Shown: piece by piece, positions 26,563 through 34,866 of the stretch
How the letters are laid out: each line of letters begins with the position of its first letter
How positions within the stretch are numbered: the stretch's first letter is position 1
DNA from: Candidatus Nanopelagicaceae bacterium
GTDB lineage: Bacteria > Actinomycetota > Actinomycetes > Nanopelagicales > Nanopelagicaceae
DNA length: 64,000 nt
Assembly: GCA_035530875.1 (NCBI GenBank)
Contig: DATKUB010000057.1
Coordinates: 22,540-86,539 of the forward strand
Reading direction: 5' to 3'
Notes under the pieces: generated by a model
What the model saw: the letters and a program-made list of their open reading frames with translations, nothing else
Database searches by the model: none
Told to the model about the DNA's origin: nothing
Translations under genes and position numbers: made by a program

Positions 26563-27276
26563 ATGAGATGCAGGTGCGGTTATCTCTAGCGCCAACTGGC
26601 AACCCACTTGGTTGAATCCCAATCGCGCGGCTAATTGAAATGAGGGATTGTTTTCTATTTTCACCAACCACTGAGGGATAAGACCTTTTGAATAGGCGTC
26701 ACTGGTGGCGGCGCTAGCGACCCGCTGACCGATACCTCGACTCCTCAGAAGAGGGTCGACTAATACTCCAAGATGAGCTACCGATCCGTTCCATGTTTCA
26801 TAGCCGGCAAGAGCAACCAAATCGCCATTTGCGTCGAATTCTCCAAAACGAGTTTCAGTTTTACCTATTCCGCTCTCCTCGACTTCCGCCTCCGAACATT
26901 TCAACAGAAAACGATCGATTTGTTCCCCGGAGGTAATTCGAATCGACTGATTTGAATTGGGCGCACGAGTCTCGATCTCCGCATAGAGCAGTCGTCCTTT
27001 CCCGTAGGGTCGCGGAGAGAAATCTGAAAGTGCCAAGACAAGTGAGTCCAGATCAAGTAACTCCTTTGAGCCAAGCGGTGACAACAAAGGAATCGCATAT
27101 GGCGGCGCCAGAACGACCTGAGAACCCTCCAAATCCAAGATTACGACCCAAGTTGAATTCTCTTTCGCTACATAATTCAGACCCACGGATTCAAGATGGG
27201 CAACGGGGACCCCAAACCTGCTTGCCCACATCTCGCGAATGGTGGCCCTCGCTGCAGCCGATAGGGCCTCCGTCAT
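26557..27276 (-). CDS. GNAT-family N-acetyltransferase (two-domain)
   Basis: 239 aa. VAHLGVLVDPLLRSRGIGQRVASAA...NNPSFQLAARLGF carries the GNAT motif A (R/Q-x-x-G-x-G/A). Confidence 0.7.
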   Translation of the reverse strand: MTEALSAAARATIREMWASRFGVPVAHLESVGLNYVAKENSTWVVILDLEGSQVVLAPPYAIPLLSPLGSKELLDLDSLVLALSDFSPRPYGKGRLLYAEIETRAPNSNQSIRITSGEQIDRFLLKCSEAEVEESGIGKTETRFGEFDANGDLVALAGYETWNGSVAHLGVLVDPLLRSRGIGQRVASAATSDAYSKGLIPQWLVKIENNPSFQLAARLGFNQVGCQLALEITAPASHS

Positions 27277-27345
27277 GAGTGGAGTATCTCAGTAGTCTAA
27301 AACCATGAGAGAGTCTCGAGAATTGGGCTTTTCTAGGCCAATCGT

Positions 27346-27378
27346 GGGCACGAAGAGATAAAACTGGGTACTGGGAAA
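27346..27378 (+). repeat. Cassette-boundary motif copy c5
   Basis: GGGCACGAAGAGATAAAACTGGGTACTGGGAAA. Confidence 0.8.
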
Positions 27379-27448
27379 CACTTATTCATCCGGCCTGAAT
27401 CAGGTGGGCGTGCTTCAATGAACAGAATAGGACCCTAGGTTCTTGCGG

Positions 27449-28045
27449 TCAGGAGGCTGGGTCGTTGGCCGATCCTGTGACCTGTTCATTAGAGACGACT
27501 TGGGTCACCAGATCGCGGTACGCCCGATCTACCTGCCCCGCGACAGTCACGATCGTTCGAGTGCGCGGTCTGCTGGCCACGACCTCGATCAGTCTCTCGT
27601 ACATGCCAGGCAGCGCGTTGACGCCGCCGCTGCGCCCGAGCAGGGCCGCAGCGTCGCGATGCTCGGCTGTTTGCGGGGCTGCAGAGCGCCGGACGAAGCG
27701 GTCGACAGCCTCCTGCGGGTCGCTCAGCAGGGCAATTTCGACAAACTCTGCGCCAACATCGTGGCAGAGGTGCTCCAACGAAACTACGAAATCCGGTCGA
27801 CCGAGGAATTGGGGAATCACGACGTCCCGACCGGCCGTCAGCTGTACCCGCGCCATCTCCAATGCCATGCGCCTTGCGATGAGACCGGCCTCGGTTGGGT
27901 CATCGAGCCAGTGACCGAGCATCGCACGAACGGTGTCGATGTCCAGGGCTAGCGCCAACGGGTGGTCGTCGACGTACATCCGCGCCAGTGTCGATTTTCC
28001 GCTACCCGGCGCCCCGTTGATCAGTATCAGGCGAGTCATATCCAT
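27449..28045 (-). CDS. P-loop NTPase, small-molecule kinase-like (AAA_33 / chloramphenicol-phosphotransferase-like fold)
   Basis: 198 aa. Walker A LINGAPGSGKSTLA sits at the extreme N-terminus, and the size and layout fit small-molecule kinases. Confidence 0.65.
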   Translation of the reverse strand: MDMTRLILINGAPGSGKSTLARMYVDDHPLALALDIDTVRAMLGHWLDDPTEAGLIARRMALEMARVQLTAGRDVVIPQFLGRPDFVVSLEHLCHDVGAEFVEIALLSDPQEAVDRFVRRSAAPQTAEHRDAAALLGRSGGVNALPGMYERLIEVVASRPRTRTIVTVAGQVDRAYRDLVTQVVSNEQVTGSANDPAS

Positions 28046-28070
28046 ACTCTACGAGCCTGCGCACAGTGGT

Positions 28071-28110
28071 GCGCCCGAAGAGATACGAACTCTGTGTGCC
28101 AGTTGGGTAT
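28071..28110 (+). repeat. Cassette-boundary motif copy c6 (right half degenerate)
   Basis: GCGCCCGAAGAGATACGAACTCTGTGTGCCAGTTGGGTAT. The first 15 nt match the consensus and the remainder carries insertions. Confidence 0.6.
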
Positions 28111-28188
28111 TTTCGACGTTGGAATTGTTTGGGGCCGTACATGGTTCTACCCTCTGTGTAGTTGACCTTTCAACGAAAAGAGAGCGCG

Positions 28189-29163
28189 ATGCCGGCGATA
28201 ACTGTTCCCGATCTAACGGTTCTACCAAGGCTTACCCAGGTTTCGGGTCAAGCACGGCCGGTTAAAAGCGTTACAACGGCTCCTAGCGGCTTTGAGGGCG
28301 AGGGTTTCCCAGTACGTCGAGCCTTCGCTGGCGTTGAACTAGCCGACCTCGATCCGTTTATTCACCTAGATCAGATGGGTGAAGTCGAATATGCACCTGG
28401 CGAACCAAAGGGAACGCCTTGGCACCCGCACCGGGGATTTGAGACCGTCACTTACATAATCGACGGGATCTTCGACCACAAGGACAGCAATGGCGGCGGC
28501 GGGACGATCACCAACGGCGATACCCAATGGATGACTGCGGGTGCCGGAATCTTGCACATTGAAGCTCCGCCTGAGCACTTGGTTATGTCCGGCGGACTTT
28601 TCCACGGATTTCAACTCTGGGTGAATCTGCCAGCCAGCCAGAAATGGGCACCACCGGCCTATCAAGACCTTCGGGCAAATGAAGTGGCTCTGCTGTCGTC
28701 ACCCGACGGTGGAACGCTGCTTCGGGTGATCGCTGGTGAAGTTGATGGTCATCAAGGCCCGGGCACCACCAGAACGCCGATCACCTTGGTTCACGCAACG
28801 CTGGCGCCGGGGGCGCGGTTGAACCTTCCTTGGAATCCGCGCTACAACGCACTGGCCTACACGCTGGCTGGGCGAGGCACAGTTGGCGTCGAAGGACGAC
28901 CGGTTCGGATGGGGCAGCTTGCGGTCTTTGGCGCCGGCGATACGTTGGTGATTCAGGCCGACCAGAGCCAAGAATCAAGGTCTCCTGAGATGGATGTGCT
29001 GATCTTAGGTGGAGCGCCAATAGGTGAGCCAGTGGCCTGGATGGGACCTTTCGTAATGAACACCAAAGCCGAAGTGCTAAAAGCCTTTGAGGATTATCAA
29101 GCTGGCCGACTCGGTTCCATCCCAGCAGTGCATGGTGCACCCACCGAGATCATCGAGTCGTAA
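28189..29163 (+). CDS. Pirin-family protein
   Basis: ORF 28162..29163 with an ATG at 28189. Bicupin with HPHRGFETVTYI and AGILHIE metal-site motifs. Confidence 0.9.
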   Translation: MPAITVPDLTVLPRLTQVSGQARPVKSVTTAPSGFEGEGFPVRRAFAGVELADLDPFIHLDQMGEVEYAPGEPKGTPWHPHRGFETVTYIIDGIFDHKDSNGGGGTITNGDTQWMTAGAGILHIEAPPEHLVMSGGLFHGFQLWVNLPASQKWAPPAYQDLRANEVALLSSPDGGTLLRVIAGEVDGHQGPGTTRTPITLVHATLAPGARLNLPWNPRYNALAYTLAGRGTVGVEGRPVRMGQLAVFGAGDTLVIQADQSQESRSPEMDVLILGGAPIGEPVAWMGPFVMNTKAEVLKAFEDYQAGRLGSIPAVHGAPTEIIES

Positions 29164-29169
29164 ACCTAT

Positions 29170-29197
29170 CCAGCGCGAAGCGTTTGCTTCGCGCTGG
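29170..29197. terminator. Bidirectional hairpin terminator between convergent pirin and qcrB
   Basis: CCAGCGCGAAGC-GTTT-GCTTCGCGCTGG is a perfect 12-bp stem with a 4-nt loop. It fills most of the 41-nt convergent gap. Confidence 0.65.
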
Positions 29198-29204
29198 AAA
29201 CTTC

Positions 29205-30803
29205 TTAGTGGTGGCCGCCTTCAAGTTCATGAACATCGGTGGCAGTTGGCTTGGCAACTTGCTCTCCGTACATCCACTTTGAAAGGCCAAGGCGGATTCG
29301 TTCTTTGAGTCCAACCGGTCGTTCGAGACCGTTCGCATCAACATTGACCGGCGCCACCAGCGCTTGATACTGCTTGTGCTGGGTGAGTGTCCATTGGTCG
29401 TCGGTTGAGATTTGTTCGTGAACTTCGATGTACTCACCATGAGGCAGCATGACCAGACGCCCAGTTTCTCGACCGTGCAAGACGGTATCGCGATCCTTGT
29501 GTTGGAGGCCCAGACAGATTCGCTTGGTAATCATGAACACGATCGGCGGCAGAACGAAAATTGCGATTCGGGTAAACCACATGATGCCGTTGATGGTTAG
29601 ACCAAAGTGCGTTGCAACAATGTCGTTGCCGCCGTTTAGAAGTGCAACGATCATGAATGTCAGTCCGGCAGCGCCTAAAGATGTGCGGGTTGCCGCATTG
29701 CGTGGCCGATCAAGAAGATGATGTTCGCCCTTATCGCCGTTGACCCAACTTTCAATGAACGGAAATAATGCAAGCGTCGTAAAGAAGATGCCCGGAACAA
29801 TCAGCGCAGGAATCAGAATGTTCCACGAAATCGTATGACCGAACGCGTGAGTTTCAATATTCGGCGTCATACGGACAAGGCCATCAAGCCAGCCCATGTA
29901 GAAGTCGGGCTGTGACCCGGCAGAAATTTGCGACGGGTTGTATGGGCCATAGAGCCAGATTGGGTTGATTGAGAAAAGCGCGCCAAGGAAAGCGGTGATG
30001 CCGAAGACGATGAAGAAGAATCCGCCGGCCTTAGCCATATAAATCGGCATGAAAGGCGGGCCGACAACATTCTTTTCGGTCCGTCCTGGCCCCGGGTACT
30101 GAGTGTGCTTCTGGTACCAAACGAGCATTACGTGAACGGTTATAAGGGCAAGGATGATTCCTGGAATCAGCAGAACGTGAATCGTGTAAAGGCGCGAGAT
30201 GAAAATACTGCCGGGGAAGAGACCTCCGAAGAGGAAGAAGGCTGCGTAACTTCCGATAAGTGGGATCGCTTGCACGATTGCTTCAGCGATGCGAAGGCCG
30301 GTGCCAGAAAGCAAGTCATCGGGAAGTGAGTAACCCGCAAAACCTTCAAGAATCCCAAGGGTGAGAAGACCAATTCCGATCAGCCAGTTGAATTCGCGTG
30401 GTTTCCGATAAGCGCCTGTGAAGAAGACACGGAGCATGTGGATGATCATTGCGGCTAGGAAGATCAGTGCGGCCCAGTGATGAATCTGGCGCATGAGCAA
30501 ACCGCCGCGGACATCGAAGGACATGTCGATTGTTGATGCGTATGCCTGAGACATTGGTAGGCCAGAAAGCGGGGCGTAACTGCCGTGGTAAATGATCTCT
30601 TGCTGCGATGGGACAAAGAAGAGCGACAGGAACACTCCTGATAGCAGCAGGATGATGAACGAGTACATGGCGATCTCGCCGAGCATGAACGACCAGTGCT
30701 CAGGGAAAACCTTGTTCAGGTTTTTCTTAACCCATTTGGCTGCGCCTACTCGATCATCGACGAAACCAAAAGCGCCTTTACCGGCCTCGGCAATCTTGGT
30801 CAT
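29205..30803 (-). CDS. qcrB: Cytochrome bc1 complex cytochrome b subunit
   Basis: 532 aa. Multi-TM with heme-ligand His pairs (QIHHWAALIF, YTIHVLLIP) and an actinobacterial C-terminal extension. Confidence 0.9.
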   Translation of the reverse strand: MTKIAEAGKGAFGFVDDRVGAAKWVKKNLNKVFPEHWSFMLGEIAMYSFIILLLSGVFLSLFFVPSQQEIIYHGSYAPLSGLPMSQAYASTIDMSFDVRGGLLMRQIHHWAALIFLAAMIIHMLRVFFTGAYRKPREFNWLIGIGLLTLGILEGFAGYSLPDDLLSGTGLRIAEAIVQAIPLIGSYAAFFLFGGLFPGSIFISRLYTIHVLLIPGIILALITVHVMLVWYQKHTQYPGPGRTEKNVVGPPFMPIYMAKAGGFFFIVFGITAFLGALFSINPIWLYGPYNPSQISAGSQPDFYMGWLDGLVRMTPNIETHAFGHTISWNILIPALIVPGIFFTTLALFPFIESWVNGDKGEHHLLDRPRNAATRTSLGAAGLTFMIVALLNGGNDIVATHFGLTINGIMWFTRIAIFVLPPIVFMITKRICLGLQHKDRDTVLHGRETGRLVMLPHGEYIEVHEQISTDDQWTLTQHKQYQALVAPVNVDANGLERPVGLKERIRLGLSKWMYGEQVAKPTATDVHELEGGHH

Positions 30804-31789
30804 GAGGAACGCTCCCAGAAACTTGGTCCGACGGGCTGATTAAAGCCGTGTTGGGCAATGAGATAGCCCTCACTGTCAACGGTAATTGCCAGTTGGGGGA
30901 GTGGGCGAGCAGCTGGTCCAAAAATCACTGAGGCGCCTGTGGTGACATCGAAGGTCGATTGGTGGCACGGGCAGAGAAGGTGGTGGGTCTGCTGTTCGTA
31001 GAGTCCGACGGCGCAGCCCATATGCGTGCAGATTTTAGAAAACGCAATGATGCCGTTGTGTGTCCAACTGGCTTGCTCGGCATTTAGATGAAGGTCTTCT
31101 GGTCGTAGCCGAATCACCAGCACCGGATCACGCGTGAGATCTTCGAGGGTCTCTTTCTGCCCGGTGGGTCGTTCTGGAAGAACGTGTGCCACTCCGCCAA
31201 CCTCGAGGTCAGAGGCTTTAAGCGCAATCCCGCCAGGATCAGTGATCAGGCGACTGCCCCTCTTCCAATTGGTTCCCTCAAGCTGTTTCTTAGGGAGCGG
31301 ACCAAGGTCGCGAAGAATTATCAGTGGCGAAATAGTGACAAGCGCCAGGGCGCCACCCAATGTGCGTTTAATCAGCGAACGCCGACCGAGGCCTGAGGAG
31401 GCAGCGCCGGCCGCGAAAGTCGTGGCTAACTCAGCCAACTCTGTCTCAGACGAGCGCATTGTGTGACGTTGGTTGGTGATCTCGTGGTCTGACATCAAGA
31501 CCTTGGCCCAATGAACAACGCCGAAGCCAATGGTCAGCAGGGTCAATGCCAAGGAGATGCCAAGTGCCAATTGCTGCGCATTTGTAGTGCCGAGCAGCGG
31601 CAGGAAGATGTACTGATCTGATTTGATCCCAACATAGGAAGCGATGAAAGCTACTGCGCTCAATCCAGACAGCATGAACAAGATGGCTACTTGTCGCTCA
31701 GCTCGCTTCTCGGCAATGGGATCGCGATCTGCCCGACGGGCTACGTGCGCTGGCAGTCCTGGATCGCTCAGCGGTTCAAGGTCGCTCAT
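30800..31789 (-). CDS. qcrA: Cytochrome bc1 complex Rieske iron-sulfur subunit
   Basis: ORF 30800..31849. The ATG at 31789 overlaps the qcrC stop (ATGA). It has three N-terminal TM helices and CTHMGCAV...CPCHQSTF Rieske boxes. Confidence 0.9.
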   Translation of the reverse strand: MSDLEPLSDPGLPAHVARRADRDPIAEKRAERQVAILFMLSGLSAVAFIASYVGIKSDQYIFLPLLGTTNAQQLALGISLALTLLTIGFGVVHWAKVLMSDHEITNQRHTMRSSETELAELATTFAAGAASSGLGRRSLIKRTLGGALALVTISPLIILRDLGPLPKKQLEGTNWKRGSRLITDPGGIALKASDLEVGGVAHVLPERPTGQKETLEDLTRDPVLVIRLRPEDLHLNAEQASWTHNGIIAFSKICTHMGCAVGLYEQQTHHLLCPCHQSTFDVTTGASVIFGPAARPLPQLAITVDSEGYLIAQHGFNQPVGPSFWERSS

Positions 31790-32574
31790 TTTGATTTCGC
31801 TCCTAGCCACACGGCTGCGCCGATCAATAGGCCAAGGCCGAGAGTCCAAACAAGTAGACCTTCCGTCACAGGGCCAACCTTCCCAAGCGCAATTCCGCCT
31901 TGGGCTTGCTCATTTTGTACGTTCTTAAGCCATTTAATGATTGAGAGCTTCTCAGCCGGCGTCATCGAGCGATCGCCGAACACCGGCATGGATTGCGGTC
32001 CAGTGATCATCGCTTCGTAGATTTTCTGCGGATCCACACCCATCAGTGAAGCCGCATATTTGCCCTGGGTAAGGGCACCGCCCTGCCCGGCGAAGTTGTG
32101 ACACATGGCGCAGTTTGTTCGGAAGAGTTCGCCGCCTTGAGCCAGGTTTCCATCGCGTTCGTAATTTAAGGCTGCCTGCGAAGGGATGGCGGGACCGGGC
32201 GCTAGCGAAGCCACGTACTCGGCCAGAGCCATCGTCTGCTCAGGTGTGAACTGGGGCGCTCTTGCGGTGGCCTGCACGCTTGCATCGGCCATTGGCATTC
32301 GGCCGGTACCGACCTGAAAATCTACGGAAGCGGCGCCGACGCCAATTAGCGACGGACCGGTCTGGGTGCCTTCTGCATTGAGCCCGTGGCACGAAGAACA
32401 CCCCTTGAGGAATATCTGTTGTCCCTCTTTGATCGCCTGGCTTCTCGCATTGGATGCCTGCGCGGGGCCGGCACCGGAGGCTAGGGAGTAAAGACTCCCA
32501 ACCAGGAGTAGTCCCATCGCTATCACGAGCCCAGCGGCTAGCGGATGGCGACGGTATTTGGAAAGCCGTTTCAT
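31786..32574 (-). CDS. qcrC: Diheme cytochrome c subunit of the bc1 complex
   Basis: Two CxxCH motifs (CSSCHG, CAMCHN) and a C-terminal TM anchor. Confidence 0.9.
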   Translation of the reverse strand: MKRLSKYRRHPLAAGLVIAMGLLLVGSLYSLASGAGPAQASNARSQAIKEGQQIFLKGCSSCHGLNAEGTQTGPSLIGVGAASVDFQVGTGRMPMADASVQATARAPQFTPEQTMALAEYVASLAPGPAIPSQAALNYERDGNLAQGGELFRTNCAMCHNFAGQGGALTQGKYAASLMGVDPQKIYEAMITGPQSMPVFGDRSMTPAEKLSIIKWLKNVQNEQAQGGIALGKVGPVTEGLLVWTLGLGLLIGAAVWLGAKSK

Positions 32575-32587
32575 TCGACGTGCCGCC

Positions 32588-33226
32588 TTATTTGATCAGG
32601 TAGATAGTTGTGAAAAGACCGATCCATACAACATCAACAAAGTGCCAGTAGTAGGAGACAACGATGGCTGTCGTTGCTTCTGCGTGACCAAAACGATGTG
32701 CTTTAAAGGTGCGCCCAAGAACGATTAGAAAGGCCACCAGTCCGCCAGCCACGTGCAGGCCATGGAATCCGGTCGTTATGTAAAAGACCGAACCATAGGA
32801 ACGACTAGCTAAAGTGATTCCTTCGCGAACCAGGCTCGCGTATTCATAAATCTGACCGCCGACGAAGAAAGCACCCATCAAGAACGTGAGTGTGAACCAT
32901 TCGCGCATTCCCCATTTGCGAAAGTCAAGGGCGGAACCGGTTCGTCGCAATTGGAAGCGTTCGGCGGCGAAGACACCAAATTGGCAAGTGACCGAAGAGA
33001 GGACGAGCACAGTGGTGTTCAAGGTTGCGAATGGAACATTGAGCAACCCCGTGGATAGGAGCCAGACTTTCGGTCCTTCCACGGATCGGACGGTGAAGTA
33101 CATCGCGAATAGCGCCGCGAAGAACATCAGCTCGCTGGATAGCCAGACAATCGTGCCGACGGCCACCAGGTTCGGGCGATTGTCGGATTCGGTCTGAAGG
33201 TCATCACTCAGGGTTGCACTCGTCAC
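32588..33226 (-). CDS. ctaE: Cytochrome c oxidase subunit III
   Basis: 212 aa with five TM helices and the conserved C-terminal WHFVDVVW motif. Confidence 0.9.
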   Translation of the reverse strand: MTSATLSDDLQTESDNRPNLVAVGTIVWLSSELMFFAALFAMYFTVRSVEGPKVWLLSTGLLNVPFATLNTTVLVLSSVTCQFGVFAAERFQLRRTGSALDFRKWGMREWFTLTFLMGAFFVGGQIYEYASLVREGITLASRSYGSVFYITTGFHGLHVAGGLVAFLIVLGRTFKAHRFGHAEATTAIVVSYYWHFVDVVWIGLFTTIYLIK

Positions 33227-33275
33227 AAGCGGAGATTATGGCTTATTTGGCGCCAAAGTTTGTGATCCGACCCTT

Positions 33276-33785
33276 TTGATCCCGATTTGGGGGGATGAGG
33301 AGAGCAGGGATCGACCGATTTCAGGTTCGGGAGCGCTACGATTTGGAACCGTGCCGACCCTGACAGATCAGACCCATCAAATCCTTGTCTACAGCGACAA
33401 CGTCAATACTCGTACTGCCATTACTGGCGCGCTGGGCCGTCGTCCCAGCGCCGCTGGATCACTGGTATCCACCATTGAGGTGGCCACTGAGCCAGCTCTG
33501 ATGGCCGCCCTGGACACTTCAACTGCCCAGGTCAGATCGGGTAAGCCGGGAATCGCCCTAGTCATTTTGGATGGTGAGGCGACCCCAGCCGGTGGGATGG
33601 GAATCGCCAGAGCCATTAAGGATGAGATTTTCAACGCGCCCAAAATCCTATTAGTCATCGGGCGCCCAAGCGACGCCTGGCTCGCCTCATGGTCGCGGGC
33701 TGATGCGGTGGTTGGACATCCGATAGACCCATTTGAATTGGCGGCCGCAGCCGCGCGCCTACTTGGACAGGATGAAGCAAACTGA
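33276..33785 (+). CDS. Stand-alone CheY-like receiver-domain protein (atypical)
   Basis: ILVYSDN...ALVILDGEATPAGGMG...LLVIGRPSD...VVGHPIDPFEL follows the receiver beta-alpha pattern. The start is uncertain (TTG 33276 or GTG 33351). Confidence 0.5.
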   Translation: MIPIWGDEESRDRPISGSGALRFGTVPTLTDQTHQILVYSDNVNTRTAITGALGRRPSAAGSLVSTIEVATEPALMAALDTSTAQVRSGKPGIALVILDGEATPAGGMGIARAIKDEIFNAPKILLVIGRPSDAWLASWSRADAVVGHPIDPFELAAAAARLLGQDEAN

Positions 33786-33796
33786 CCAGCGAGTCG

Positions 33797-34843
33797 GTGC
33801 TCTCCTGGCCGGTGATTCTTCGCCACTTGACCAGCCTTGAAGATCTAGATCGCCCAATGGCCGATTGGGCGCTAGAAGAGGTCATGTCCGGTCGCGCTAC
33901 CTCTGCCCAGATTGCGGCTCTCCTGATGGGGCTGAAGGTCAAAGGTGAAGTAGCCAGCGAAGTCATCGGATTTGTTGAGGTCATGTACCGACATGCGGTA
34001 CCGGTCGATTTTCCGAGTCGATCGGTTGACTGTGTTGGCACCGGCGGCGATGGGGCCAACACGATAAATATTTCGACTACTTCGGCGATCGTTGCCGCTG
34101 CTGCCGGGGCGACCGTGATTAAACATGGTTCACGGGCGGCTTCTTCTCAGAGCGGCTCGGCGGACGTGTTGAGTGCCCTTGGTGTCGCAATTGAGTTGGA
34201 CGGCGATGGAGTTGTTCGCTGCGCCACCGAGTTGGGCCTTGGCTTCTGCTTTGCGCCGGCCTTCCATCCGGCGATGAAAAATGTCGCTCAGACCAGGCGA
34301 GAGATGGGAGTGACAACGGTCTTTAACATTGTGGGGCCGCTATCAAATCCAGCCAGACCAGCGGCCCAGGCAGTTGGAGTGGCCGACCAGCGTTGGCTGC
34401 CCGTGGTCGCAGATGTGCTGGCTGTCCGCGGAACGGATGCACTCGTATTTCGAGGAGATGACGGATTAGACGAGTTGAGCCTTTCTGGCAACTCAACCGT
34501 CTACGTAGTGGAAGAACATCGTGTCTCGAAGCAGAGCCTCAACCCAGTTGATCTAGGAATCGCACTAGCGCCAAAATCAGCACTGGCCGGTGGGAGTGCA
34601 GCTGAAAATGCCGAGGCGACCCGAGCCATCCTCGCCGGTGTACGCGGCCCACATCGTGATGCCGTGCTGTTAAATTCCGCGGCTGCGCTGGCAGCCTTCA
34701 ATGCCCCTTCACATCGAGGGATTTCGCTAAATCAACGAATGGAAATGGGTCTGATTGCCGCTGCAGATTCGATCGATTCTGGTGCTGCTTTGGAACTTCT
34801 TGAGCGATGGATTGACTTATCCCAATCCCTTATCAACCACTGA
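33797..34843 (+). CDS. trpD: Anthranilate phosphoribosyltransferase
   Basis: GTGGDGANTINIST motif, KHGSRAASSQSGSADVLEALG-type motif and NPARP. Confidence 0.9.
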   Translation: MLSWPVILRHLTSLEDLDRPMADWALEEVMSGRATSAQIAALLMGLKVKGEVASEVIGFVEVMYRHAVPVDFPSRSVDCVGTGGDGANTINISTTSAIVAAAAGATVIKHGSRAASSQSGSADVLSALGVAIELDGDGVVRCATELGLGFCFAPAFHPAMKNVAQTRREMGVTTVFNIVGPLSNPARPAAQAVGVADQRWLPVVADVLAVRGTDALVFRGDDGLDELSLSGNSTVYVVEEHRVSKQSLNPVDLGIALAPKSALAGGSAAENAEATRAILAGVRGPHRDAVLLNSAAALAAFNAPSHRGISLNQRMEMGLIAAADSIDSGAALELLERWIDLSQSLINH

Positions 34844-34866
34844 CCTACTCTGAAACTTTGCATCAC

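Noticed and set aside
21052-28110. Could the repeated 33-bp motif be a CRISPR array?
   Set aside because: Repeat spacing is irregular (670-2500 bp) and each interval contains full-length protein-coding genes. The repeats are imperfect and no cas genes are present.
21052-28110. Could the motif be a classical integron attC site, or a Xer dif/pdif site?
   Set aside because: There are no RYYYAAC / GTTRRRY cores and no obvious imperfect palindrome of attC type. A GATAA core resembles the XerC arm of actinobacterial dif, but nothing resembles the XerD arm (TTATGTCAAGT-like). All copies are co-oriented rather than alternating as in pdif modules. It is kept only as integron-like by analogy.
33389-34062. 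Minus-strand ORFs of 135-145 aa overlapping the receiver-like gene and trpD.
   Set aside because: They are antisense to genes with clear family motifs, are Ala/Arg/Ser/Pro-rich, and have no recognisable domains. They are treated as shadow ORFs.
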